A stretch of DNA of 64,000 bases. Source: Laetmonice hystrix. Lineage: Eukaryota. Below the pieces are notes generated by a model. That model worked only from the letters and a program-made list of their open reading frames with translations, made no database searches and was not told where the DNA came from. This document shows positions 23,041 through 35,146 of the stretch, in pieces (position 1 is the stretch's first letter; every line of letters starts with the position of its first letter). The stretch is from the NCBI GenBank assembly GCA_965235115.1, contig OZ249436.1, positions 42,844,001 through 42,908,000 of the forward strand, written 5' to 3'. Both the position numbers and the translations under genes were made by a program.

Positions 23041-24128
23041 TAAACGCAATGACTGCACGATTCAATCATCCTGTTAGACAGCACCCCCACCGTAACCAGC
23101 TCTGCTGTCGGTGACGAACGTCCGAACCACTGGTTTACATGGAGTTTTATGGCACTGATCGGATCCACTATCAATGTCAGGTAGATTACAAAATGACTGT
23201 ATCTGCCATTGTCACAGTTCCAACTCCACCTTTAGGCCTACCTTCACTTAAAGGGACACAATTGGAATCATCGCACTTTCGAACGGCGTTTGATATAGTT
23301 AAATAAAAAAACAGAAATAAATTGGGTGAAAACCTTTGCCTTGACCGAGAAATGGCATAACTTCCAACAGGGACACTTGGGGCCAGCCCCCTCTACAATG
23401 CTTAACTACTAAATTTCGGTGTAGAGGTCTACACCGAAATTCAATTTGGGGGCAGCATGTGGCTTGATTACAGGCCAATCAACACTATTTTCAGGGTAGG
23501 AATATTTATTTCAGCCCTCTTTACGCTATTATATAAGAAAAACGCAAAGTCAGTCGAAATATTGTGCCCCTTTAACAGCCGGATGCGTGGTTATCGAGGC
23601 GCTGCAATCAGCAGTGAGTCCTAACCGACACAATGAGTCGTAAGTACCGATTGAGCGCAAGTACCATGACCCGACCCATCCTGACGGTGGAAGGCACAAT
23701 AAAGGTCGATGCGATGAAAAAAATCCTGTTCTGCGTGAACACTCAGCAGCTGAAAGGGAAGCAGCGCTGAGCAAACAGGCCGACTGATTACAATCATACA
23801 GACACAGGATATTAAACACTAACATAGGAAATTGGAATTTAAACCTAATAACCTGGCCAACAGAATGTTTAGTGACGGAGACCGCATTTATATATGAGTT
23901 CCGTCCACACAATAGAGGGGTTACCCTCGGTAATAGAGCTGTACCGGTGTGTCATATTATTGACGGTACAATGTACATGTATGTGTCTCTGGCAGTCAAA
24001 CCATTAGTGTGATTTATTAAACGAGTTTTCTCTCTGCTACAATACACTTGGTGGCTTACATTCAATGATGTCTCTGTCATAACATTATAATACTGACCGG
24101 CCTGCCTGGTCTGCCTCCCTCTCACACT

Positions 24129-24143
24129 GGCTCCCTCTAGTGG
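24129..24143 (-). promoter_or_regulatory. CTCF-like motif, reverse orientation
   Basis: The reverse complement reads CCACTAGAGGGAGCC. Motif match only. Confidence 0.4.
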
Positions 24144-24945
24144 TGAGGATTATTTCATACCCTACTGACCCGGATGAGTTTCCAAGCGACCAGAAAACGT
24201 CATTATGTTTACGTGACGTCACAGTAATAATTGCGGTATGGAGGCTGAAGCACGTTTTGAATGATCGTTCAGATCCTGCTGTCCGAGGCAGTAATGGTAT
24301 GCATCCTTGAAGTACCCCAGAAATGGTTTTATCCGTGTGTTTATATTTTTAAACCCGTCTCATCTGAGTGCTGGAATTAACGTCAAAATCAACGCTTGCA
24401 CAAACCAGGCCAGTGTAAGTGGTCACGTGTTACCGTACCGCAATGTTTGGGTTCCAGGATTGTGATGGCAATGTGTTGTTGGGATTCGATCATCAGTCAT
24501 TAATGATCCATTCAACGCCATGATTAACTTGGAAATAATTTTACTGCAAAAACAGGAGACGTGTAACAATTTGTATTGTTCCACCAGAGTAGATCTAGTT
24601 CAGTTCATTATAATCAGATTCAGAAAGAAATTGATGTTTTCCCAGTTTTTTTCAAAGAAACGACTTGAAGCTTAGAATTACCGTTTCGTATTTAAGAGGA
24701 TTAAGTTGGTTGAAGCGTTTGTAATGTAGGGCGTGTGGACATTTGTTCTGCTAGTGCAGGGTTCGGTCTCTGTGAAGTACGGAAGGGTTGGGTAGGAATC
24801 ATGTCCACTCAAGTACGTGATTGGGCACGCACGTTGGAGCAAATTAACCCAATCCTTGATATGGCGTAGATTTCCACCTGGTTGCGTGGTAAAATTTGAC
24901 GAGAAGGATTGAAAGAACCTGTGGAGAAAGATTCTGTTACATTAG

Positions 24946-24984
24946 GAGACAGAGAGAGAGAGGGGGAGAGAGATAGAGAGAGAC

Positions 24985-25029
<45 letters not shown>

Positions 25030-25166
25030 AAGAGAGAGAGTGAAGGAGAGCGAAAGAAAGAGCGAGAGAGAGGAGAGAGACAGAGACAGAAAGAGAGATA
25101 GAGACAGAGAGAGAGACAGACAGAAAGAGAGCGAGAGAGGGGAGAGAGAGAGACAGAGAGAGAGAG
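24946..25166. repeat. Imperfect (GA)n microsatellite
   Basis: Polypurine GA/GACA tract. Confidence 0.95.
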
Positions 25167-25823
25167 TCGTGCTCATAGCGGAAGTGAAGCATGCATGTAG
25201 AGACTTTGCGCACCCAGCATTCAGTGCGCAGGAAGGAAGGCTCGCTACATCCTGTAGATGGTGAATGAGCCGGTGTTAATTATTGCGACAAAACGAGGAT
25301 ACAAGAATCTAGCAGTGTCTGTGCACATTGTGAATTGTGCCTGAGTCGATGCGGTTGGAACCACTGGGACTCTGTGAGAGCGGACCAGGCGGAATGTTTG
25401 GATCCCTACTTCAGCCAGATGAGACATTGAGGTTGATGTATATACGTTTAAATACGACAGAGCACCTCAAAAGGTCTTTTAACTTCCATAAATAGCAGGC
25501 TCCGTCCAACCGCGGCGTAAACTCAGCTCTCCAGGGGGAACACCAGAATTTCAGTTGAAGGATGCTTTCAGAAAAAAGGGGCCAATTGTAGTTGGGCATG
25601 GGTGTGTGCCTGTGGAAGCGGGGAGGAGGAAGAAGGCAGTACGTGTGATAACATATGCCTGATTACACCGTGCCCCTACCGACAGAACTTCACCACTTCA
25701 TCCCTGCGTGTCGTTATAGCTTTGATTACACAGCACCTAACGTCTCCGTACCACTTCGTGATCCAACGTCTAAAGATCTGGCAGCCACAGCCTGGTGGCG
25801 GCATACTGCTCGCACTGTCGGGT

Positions 25824-25985
25824 ATCTTCACCCGGTAACATTCCCACGATATTGGGGGTAGGCGTCCGGGCCTCGGACAGGGATAGGGATAGAGATAGAG
25901 ATAGGGACAGGGATAGAGATAGGGGTTTAGTGGGAGAGCTGGGTTCCAAGGTTAGGAGGTTCTGAGGGCGAAGTTTTCTGTAGTA
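25824..25985 (+). mobile_element. G-core TIR family element, copy C (degenerate)
   Basis: Left end ATCTTCACCCGGTAACATTCCCACGATATT followed by a GGGATAGGGATAGAGATAG..GGTTAGG core. Confidence 0.4.
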
Positions 25986-26113
25986 TCCATGGATCCATGA
26001 AACCATGGATCCATAAAACCATGGATCCATGAATCCATGAATCCAAATATCCATGAAACCATGGATCCATGAATCTATGGATCCATGGATCCATGAATTC
26101 ATGGATCCATGAA
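25986..26113. repeat. 8-bp repeat (ATCCATGR)n
   Basis: ATCCATGG / ATCCATGA units; quasi-palindromic. Confidence 0.9.
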
Positions 26114-27142
26114 TGGCACCAATTAACTGGTCTATACTTCACCCATTGTCCTCTTCACCTCAAAGATAAACTGGCTGCACGTGAACATTGCAGCGACTTG
26201 CGGATGGACGTCATACACCAGATAATGTCCTTCCACACTAAACTCCTCAATCATGGTAATTATCGATTAACAGAATGCCACTGATCACTGATAACAAAGC
26301 TTACCAATTCCTCGGATCAGCTTTCATGTTCTTATTGATTTCATGCCGCCTTGTTTTTCATCGACAAACTCTAACATGCTGTCTCAGCGTATCGTATATA
26401 CGTTTACGTAGGACTACATGTATAAATTCCCATTTCACCCCAGCTTTTTGTTTTAGAGAGCATATTTATGTAAATTTGTAGCTTATTTATGTAAATTTCA
26501 AGCTTATTTCTCTGTTTAAGAGTTCATCACACCGCCAAATTAGTGTCATAGTGTAAGTAGTTTATTAGCGTATCACTGTAGTAAAGAACCAAGTACCCAA
26601 AGCCTATTATAAGATAACGTACTTAGTCACCAAGAGGTACTTAGTCCCCGAATCCTCTCACAACTACCATCGACTTCATCTGTTCGGTTTACAGAGTGTA
26701 AATTAAGTCAATGTTCCTAAGTCCTCTTGGCTCCAGTGGTGTGGCTAGGTGGGCTATACGGGCGCGGGGGTTATGATTAAATATCTGTATGTGAGCTGGT
26801 GTCCCGGTCTCGTCTTTCCGCCTGACTTTGATCTTGAAAGGTTGGCTTCATAATATTTTCATAGTGTGGATGCGCACGATACGACATAGATATCGTTACA
26901 CTGTACACTGTCTGAGATGTTAGGTCTGCATCGCTTTACAACTTATAACTTTGTCACATCCGTTACATCTAGTTTTACAATTTGTCCGTCTAGCTCATCG
27001 TTCCTGTGGAGTGTACCCCCTCTATCAGCTACCAGACAGGTGAAACTAGGCTGTAGTACACCGGATAACGCATGCAGACTTAGTTACCATTCAGTTTCTG
27101 AAACAATAGAAAGATAAAGATGATATTTTGACACCGATTGGG

Positions 27143-27520
27143 AGATGAGACCGCGACACCGGTGGAAAAATGAGACCGCGACACTGGTGGAAAGATGAGA
27201 CCGCGACACCGGTGGAAAGATGAGACCGCGACACCGGTGGAAAGATGAGACCGCGACACCGGTGGAAAGATGAGACCGCGACACCGGTGGAAAGATGAGA
27301 CCGCGACACTGGTGGAAAGATGAGACCGCGACACTGGTGGAAAGATGAGACCGCGACACTGGTGGAAAGATGAGACTGCGACACTGGTGGAAAGATGAGA
27401 CCGCGGCACCGGTGGAAAGATGAGACCGCGGCACCGGTTAAGATGAACCCGGAACACCAGTGAAAAGATGACAATCGGTGGACCGCGACACCGGTGAAAA
27501 GATGACACTGTGACAACGAC
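27143..27520. repeat. 25-bp minisatellite, about 12 good copies plus a decayed tail
   Basis: Unit GAGACCGCGACACYGGTGGAAAGAT. Confidence 0.93.
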
Positions 27521-27554
27521 GAAAAGATCAGACTTTGACAATGGCGGACTGTGA

Positions 27555-28057
27555 CATTGGGTAAGGTCAAATCTAAAAGTTAAATGGGTGTTAACGCTAG
27601 GTATTCAGAAAGTGTTCTACTAATCCGAAATTTGACCTCGTCCTGGGTGTTTACTTAACACTGAGTTAACAATGTCTCAACAACGTGTTAACACCTAAAA
27701 CACACCTTGTAAACACCTAGATAACTCAGGTGTCCCCTTAATATCAGTAAGCTCCCAGGTGTCTTTGGAATACCATAGAAAACCTATACCTAAAGTGTTA
27801 ACCGCCTGTGGGTTAACACCTGAGACAGGTCAAAACTCAGAGTCAAGCTTATTCCTTATTCCACTGGTAGGAATGCCGACCAGGTGTGAGTGATGTGTCA
27901 GGTAAGTGTTACCTGAGTTTTATTAAAGTGTTAACTAGGTGTTGTCAAAATGTTAACTGGAGCCTGGTGTTAAAGGTCCAAGTTAACACTTTTCCTTGAG
28001 ATAACACCTGGATAATTCAGGCGTATAGATAACTCTCATATTTGACCTCACCCAGTG
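27555..28057. mobile_element. Non-autonomous TIR element of about 500 bp with internal GTGTTAAC motifs
   Basis: 28-bp TIR CATTGGGTAAGGTCAAATCTAAAAGTTA versus the reverse complement of the right end CACTGGGTGAGGTCAAATATGAGAGTTA (23/28). Many GGTGTTAAC / GTTAACACC motifs inside. Confidence 0.7.
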
Positions 28058-28147
28058 GCGGAAAGATGATACCGCGACACTGGCGACACCGCACCGTTTG
28101 GTCACGGCCTAACACTGACCTGACAGAGGGGGCCAATAACTGTCCTG

Positions 28148-28208
28148 GGGGCCGTTGCATAAATTCTCGCTCGCTAAAATTGCCAGCGGAAATTTATGCA
28201 ACGGCCCC
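28148..28208. mobile_element. 61-bp miniature TIR element with a CTG target-site duplication
   Basis: CTG-GGGGCCGTTGCATAAATT...AATTTATGCAACGGCCCC-CTG; perfect 18-bp TIR. Confidence 0.75.
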
Positions 28209-29514
28209 CTGCAGGGCAGGTCTGTCGATGGCGTCTCAACAAAATGCTTCAAGATGTAACAAGACATCTCTTGACTTGATTAGAACACACAAACGTCTTC
28301 TGTAGTTGTTTGTCGCCGAGTAACGTCTATCTCTGTGAATCCTTCAGTGGCATCAGGGACCTAGTGAAATTATTCGTTATTGTTCCTAGGCCATGGGTGT
28401 CATCGAACATATTGTCTTGACGCAGGAATCCAAGAAGCTGTGATGATGAAATATCTCTGCGTGTCGTTTTCTGCCTGGCCTGTAGATTCAGTTTACTTGT
28501 TGATACAGTGGACACAAGCTGAATCCATTTACTGACCACATCAAGACTTGAAGCTGTTTGCTGAATGCCAGGTCCATGCAGCTTTTATTAGCGTGATTAG
28601 CGCTGTCTGAAGTATTCTGGTGCCGGGGCCTCTGCCAGCACGGCAGGTCGTCGGTTGGGAATGTGTAACGTTTAGTATCGTTTCCTTCGCTGAGCATTTG
28701 TATCCATTTATCCCCTTTGGTACTGGTTGTGTAGAAGGTAACTATGTTAAACTCCATGGACTGGGTGTATAGGTACAGCCGCAGGGCAGTGTTATGTGAA
28801 CGATTAAAGTCGAGGTATTGTTTTTAAAGCACACTGATACATCAAGTATGACATCCTATCGCGGGATTGGGAATTAAAAAAAATTATGGAGCGGAAGAAT
28901 CGAAGATGAGGTGTTAAAGTGTGACGAATTATTAACGATCATCGTTAACGATCATCAGGCCCCAAGCCACCATGGGAGGCCTGGTTGAACACTAGTTGCC
29001 TGGTAACGGGACAAACGCAGCATTACTTAGACGTCTATTTTTTCTTTTGTACGTCAATGGTCTCATAACGGAGGTTCAACTTGCTCTTCTTATGCCACAG
29101 TTTTAGAGATCCGGTATCAAGTTTCGATATACGTCATCATTGTCGTCATGATACGTCATAAGTGCCGTCATGATACGTCTTAAATGACGGTATGATACGT
29201 TATGTTATCATACACATTGTCATGATGGCACTTCTTGACCGTGCCATGCAGAGTATGTAATACGTTTTAAGTGTCATGAATCGGTTAATGGATCAGTTAG
29301 ACCGCGGATTGTTTTCAGTTGTTTCCCACTCGTATACGACTATTAGGGTAGATTAAATTGGCATGGAAGCAGAAACCACATAACGTCATCTCTAAAACTA
29401 ATTCATTGGTGCAATGATTGGCAGTGATACCCAGATAGACTTGTGTGAATCCAGTAGAGGATTCAAGTCATTTTCGACAAACTCGTGCCATAAGTTGTGC
29501 CTTTAGCTAGGTCG

Positions 29515-29983
29515 TGTGTTAGGTCGTCCTCAGTCTGGAGATCTGTTTGTTAGGTCGTCCTCAGTCTGGAGATCTGTGTGTTAGGTCGTCCTCAGTCTGG
29601 AGCTCTATGTGTTAGGTCGTCCTCAGTCTGGAGATCTGTGTGTTAGGTCGTCCTCAGTCTGGAGATCTGTGTGTTAGGTCGTCCTCAGTCTGGAGATCTG
29701 TGTGTTAGGTCGTCCTCAGTCTGGAGCTCTGTGTGTTAGGTCGTCCTCAGTCTGGAGCTCTATGTGTTAGGTCGTCCTCAGTCTGGAGATCTGTGTGTTA
29801 GGTCGTCCTCAGTCTGGAGCTCTGTGTGTTAGGTCGTCCTCAGTCTGGAGCTCTGTGTGTTAGGTCGTCCTCAGTCTGGAGATCTGTATGTTAGGTCGTC
29901 CTTAGTCTGGAGATCTGTGTGTTAGGTCGTCCTCAGTCTGGAGCTGTGTGTGTTAGGTCGTCCTCAGTCTGGAGCTCTGTGTT
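29515..29983. repeat. 31-bp minisatellite, about 15 copies
   Basis: Unit GTGTTAGGTCGTCCTCAGTCTGGAGMTCTGT. Confidence 0.95.
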
Positions 29984-30280
29984 TAAGCCTGAGAAGGCGC
30001 TCCTCCCGACATCAGACAGGGCGGTGGGTGGCTGCAGCCTACAGTACATGTTGACTGTTCCCATTGATGTCCGCTAACACCCACTGATGTCTTTATACAT
30101 GTTCCCACTCTTCCTCGGCCCAGCGTCTCATGGCGCTCATTACAGCGTTCATTTCGACCGGACGGCGTCTCTCAGGATCGACGGCCATCCGGTGCGGTGC
30201 AAGCTGGGAGATTTGGTGGTTCAAATTTGGGCAAACGAAGAGGAATGTTGAATGCTAGTGGCCACACACCATCCAAGGGC

Positions 30281-30870
30281 TGGTTGGTTGGTTGGTTGGT
30301 TGGTTGGATGGATGGTTGGTTGGTTGGTTGGTTGGTTGATTGGTTGGTTGGATGGATGGTTGGTTGGTTGGTTGGTTCGTTGATTGGTTGGTTGGTTGGT
30401 TGATTGGTTGGTTGGTTGGTTGGTTGGTTGGTTGGATGGATGGTTGGTTGGTTGGTTGGTTGGTTGGATGGATGGTTGGTTGGTTGATTGGTTGGTTGGA
30501 TGGATGGTTGGTTGGTTGGTTGGTTGGTTGATTGGTTGGTTGGTTGGTTGATTGGTTGGTTGGTTGGTTGGTTGGTTGGTTGGTTGGTTGATTGGTTGGT
30601 TGGATGGATGGTTGGTTGGTTGGTTGGTTGGTTGATTGGTTGGTTGGTTGATTGGTTGGTTGGATGGATGGTTGGTTGGTTGATTGGTTGGTTGGATGGT
30701 TGGTTGGTTGGTTGGTTGGTTGATTGGTTGGTTGGATGGATGGTTGGTTGGTTGGTTGGTTGATTGGTTGGTTGGATGGATGGTTGATTGGTTGGTTGGT
30801 TTGTAGGGGGCCTCCAGATAAAAATGCTTCTTCTTCTTCTTCTTCTTCTTCTTCTTCTTCTTCTTCCTCT
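30281..30870. repeat. (GGTT/GGAT/GATT)n microsatellite followed by (CTT)n
   Basis: Tetramer tract at 30281-30800 and trimer tract at 30827-30870. Confidence 0.95.
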
Positions 30871-30974
30871 TCTCGCTCCCGTCTTCATTGGGTACCCCCT
30901 CGTCCCCGCTAGTTGACCAAGTCGGAGAAGACCCCTGGCATGAATTGTAAACTGACGGGGAATAGGACATGAGT

Positions 30975-31845
30975 GAGAGAGCTGGGTGACATGGTTGTTG
31001 GAGTATGAACCCGTGGATGCGGTGAATACTCAGGACAGGATTGAGAGAGCTGGGTGACATGGTTGTTGGAGTATGAACCCGTGGATGCGGTGAATACTCA
31101 GGACAGGATTGAGAGAGCTGGGTGACATGGTTGTTGGAGTATGAACCCGTGGATGCGGTGAATACTCAGGACAGGATTGAGAGAGCTGGGTGACATGGTT
31201 GTTGGAGTATGAACCCGTGGATGCGGTGAATACTCAGGACAGGATTGAGAGAGCTGGGTGACATGGTTGTTGGAGTATGAACCCGTGGATGCGGTGAATA
31301 CTCAGGACAGGATTGAGAGAGCTGGGTGACATGGTTGTTGGAGTATGAACCCGTGGATGCGGTGAATACTCAGGACAGGATTGAGAGAGCTGGGTGACAT
31401 GGTTGTTGGAGTATGAACCCGTGGATGCGGTGAATACTCAGGACAGGATTGAGAGAGCTGGGTGACATGGTTGTTGGAGTATGAACCCGTGGATGCGGTG
31501 AATACTCAGGACAGGATTGAGAGAGCTGGGTGACATGGTTGTTGGAGTATGAACCCGTGGATGCGGTGAATACTCAGGACAGGATTGAGAGAGCTGGGTG
31601 ACATGGTTGTTGGAGTATGAACCCGTGGATGCGGTGGATGCCCAGGACAGGATTGAGAGAGCTGGGTGACATGGTTGTTGGAGTATGAACCCGTGGATGC
31701 GGTGAATACTCAGGACAGGATTGAGAGAGCTGGGTGACAAGTTGGAGTATGAACCCGTGGATGCGGTGGATGCCCAGGACAGGATTGAGAGAGCTGGGTG
31801 ACATGGTTGTTGGAGTATGAACCCGTGGATGCGGTGAATACTCAG
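30975..31845. repeat. 68-bp minisatellite, about 13 highly homogeneous copies
   Basis: Unit GAGAGAGCTGGGTGACATGGTTGTTGGAGTATGAACCCGTGGATGCGGTGAATACTCAGGACAGGATT. Confidence 0.97.
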
Positions 31846-33055
31846 ACGTAAACATGCTAACTGGTAAATCATCGACTCGCCGGGAGACGACTTGGTGCTC
31901 TGTGGTTTCTGAAGATAACGGGATGTAATACTGCTTTACCCCACCCCTTCCGCTCCTGGGGGTATACGGGGTGGGGTATGGTGGGGTACATTGAATGAAG
32001 TGAGGACTGTAGGGACACACGCTATGGTGAGGGGCGGGGAGCAAAAGGAAGGTTTATTAATGAAAGAGTCTTGAAGGAATTCGCTCACCGTCAGCATAGA
32101 AAGCCATGTCGTCTACACCGGCCAGTTAATATCAGGATTGCGGTAGGAGTTTTTATATCACACGTCACAACAGTCTGTAGCTTCCACAAATCGTATTCAA
32201 ACAGAAAACTAACATCATATAGCATGGAGTTTGAAACAAAAGTAAGGAGATTTCAGCTACCTATGGGGTTTATCCCTCATCACATCAGCATTCCATCTTT
32301 TGTCTATTATTGGTACAGTGGAGTCGAATAAGAAATGGTTGCAAGCAGAGGCATTGTGAATGGTTCTTGAGACACACAGCCAGACATTATCATCTAGGAT
32401 TATCATTTTTGTAACTGGGAACGTCATGGTAGAATGTTAGAAGAATAATAACAACTGGATCTCTACATCAGCTTGTACATTACGCTGTGAAATAAAAATC
32501 GGAAGATTTATATGTACGGAGATAACAGCGAAATGACAATTAAAAGTGCATATCCTCATCTTGTTTAATGAAAGTAATGAGCTGGATGTACATTCAAAAC
32601 AGCCTTTACGAAACAAGATGAAATGTTTCATTTTGTCAGAAAAATTAATCTTTTAGGAAGTGTGCTGTCACGTTTCAGTCATACTAGACATATGTATGAG
32701 CACATTGTGCGTGACATTTTTTCAATACTCTTTTATCATCAACATACTAAGTGATGGCTCACTCTAATTAAAATCACCAAAGTGACACTGCATCCGTCAG
32801 CTAGCTCATCGCCTGTTAATGGTGGTGGTTGAAACCTTTACAGTCATACCAGGTGGTCATACCCTAACAATAGGAACTAATAATAACAAAAGGTGAGCTA
32901 GGAGCGAACATGAATATATGTGGACAAGTGGACATAAGGCCATGGTATAATCCGAAACCCCCCAAAAGCCCTTGGTATATGGATCCAATGGTTTGAACAG
33001 GGATGGTTGGGGGGGGGGGGGGGGGGGGGGGGGCTTGTGGCAGGTTTGCAGACCA

Positions 33056-33214
33056 GCCCCCGGTTTTTAGTTCGTCATTTTACCAATCTTAAGACTCAAA
33101 TTTTAAGACTGACTTGTATGACTTCATTTGAAGAACCAATCAGAAGCTCTGAAAAAAGAGTTCAGTCTTAAGCTTTGGATCTTAAGACTTGGTTTGCAAA
33201 CTAAAAACCAGGGC
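33056..33214 (-). mobile_element. MITE; second copy of the 5622-5823 family
   Basis: TIR GCCCCCGGTTTTTAGTT / AACTAAAAACCAGGGC. The body is the reverse complement of 5660-5800. Confidence 0.75.
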
Positions 33215-34802
33215 CAGGGTGTGGGGAAGATTTAGGGTGAGGATTATTGGCAGATCTTAGCCTCATACAATCACATCCCTTGAGAATGTTTCCATAGAGA
33301 ATCTGCCGACACAAGGCGGTGGTGTATATGGATGGCGTTTATGAGGATTATCGGAGGCGACTGTAGGAAGATCAGTAATTAGTTACATAAATAAAATGTT
33401 TATGTACTCCTAGTCTAATCATGCTAGAGTTCCTGTGGCCGGAAAAATGTTGATTACATTATTGGTAACATCAATCAAAAGCAGTGATTGTCATTTTTCC
33501 GATTCTGAATTATTCGAGAACTGACAAAGAAGGTTTAGAGGAGGTGCTATTAAACCGTGTCGTCGTGGAGAGGTCGCTCTCGGTTCGTGTGTGTGGAGAA
33601 AGGCGACAGTAAATGTCAGTTGTGGAAGAAAACACTCAGTCGACTCTAAATCGATCCTCTCAATGTGAATTATTTTATCCTTGTAAGAGGATGAAATCTG
33701 AGCATGAAATTACTTCGTCAGTCAAGCATTTAAAGATCTTTTAAAATGGTATTTTCAGATTGTTGTTTGCTGTTGTTGCACTGATGTAGTTCCATGTTGA
33801 GGATAACATGTCAGTTAATTGTTACCAATAACATTTAGTACACATAACCCATAACGAAGGGGTAACGCTAATTCGACATCAGAAGCTAACACTGCCTCTT
33901 CGTTTCTTTCTTTTTATTGTCTGGCTTTATTTAAGAAATTTTGGCTCAGATTTTTAATATCAGTTGAGAGATGTCACATCAAATCGATTTGTAATTAGAT
34001 TAGTAAAACCTTGTGTTTTTTTTCTGTTTCAATTATTTCTTTCATCCAAAAGTTTTGTAATGTTTGGCGTTGTTTTCCTCACATGTTTTAATACCGCCAA
34101 TTTCAGACGTTAAACTTGACGCTGCTGATTGGCTGGCCTCGGAGCAAACCAGCCAATCAGCAGCGTTAGAACCTGAGCCATGGATGTTCATCTGATAGTT
34201 TGACGTTGATTGGCCCATGGCTAGCGCCTATATACCGTGTATCAAGGTATATACGTATAAAAATCAATATAGGTTGTGATATTTTACAAAAATACGAATA
34301 ACAGACGGCGCCCGTCGTCATGCCAGTCGTTGTCAGAACGATATCATTTCTCCACATCGAACTTTCACTGGTAATCTTATTGAAGCCCACGCTCAGAATA
34401 CTTGGACTAGAACTCACCCAAGGTCAGGGAAGTTGAGATGTCATGACACTCGTAGAAGGATCACATATGGTTTTAATTTTCATTAAGTGCATTGAAGAAT
34501 GATTTTCAAAGAAACACGTGGGTTTTTTGTATTGTTACCCCCAGAAAACATCCCTTTGATGGCACTAAATTCTTACTACCCCAGCGTTTGTAATCGTTTC
34601 TGATCATACAGGGTGTCCACAAAATCTTGGTCCTTGGTATTCATTATAACAGAAACAAAGTGGGGGGTTTCCCCTCATCATCTTTGGTTAGTTAGGGCTG
34701 TAAATCTCGATGTGGTCTCATAGATTCAGACCGAAACCACAAGTAACACTGACATGTACACGGAGACCTTTGTCATTATCAGTGACAGGCACACACCTAC
34801 TC

Positions 34803-35146
34803 CAGCCTGACATTAACGAACGTCATTATGTCAGAACCTATACCACCAGGGGACGCCACCAGTCTGACGTTAACGAACGTCATTATGTCAGAACCTATAC
34901 CACCAGTGGGCGCCACCAGCCTGACGTTAACGAACGTCATGATGTCAGAACCTATACCACCAGGGGACACCACCAGCCTGACGTTAACGAACGTCATTAT
35001 GTCAGTCTGACGTTAACGAACGTCATTATGTCAGAACCTATACCACCAGGGGGCGCCACCAGCCTGACGTTAACGAACCTCATGATGTCAGTCTGACGTT
35101 AACGAACGTCATTATGTCAGAACCTATACTACCAGGGGGCGCCAGC
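34803..35146 (+). repeat. 57-bp minisatellite (5 full and 2 half units) carrying a CTCF-like motif
   Basis: Unit CAGYCTGACGTTAACGAACGTCATTATGTCAGAACCTATACCACCAGGGGGCGCCAC. Confidence 0.92.

Noticed and set aside
25448..25461. 14-nt match (TTTAAATACGACAG) to the end of the exon
   Set aside because: Several 14-mer matches are expected by chance among all position pairs in 64 kb, and there is no flanking similarity or donor.
28327..28757. Possible decayed retroelement ORF fragments on the minus strand
   Set aside because: I recognised no RT, endonuclease or gag motif. It needs a BLASTX or Dfam search.
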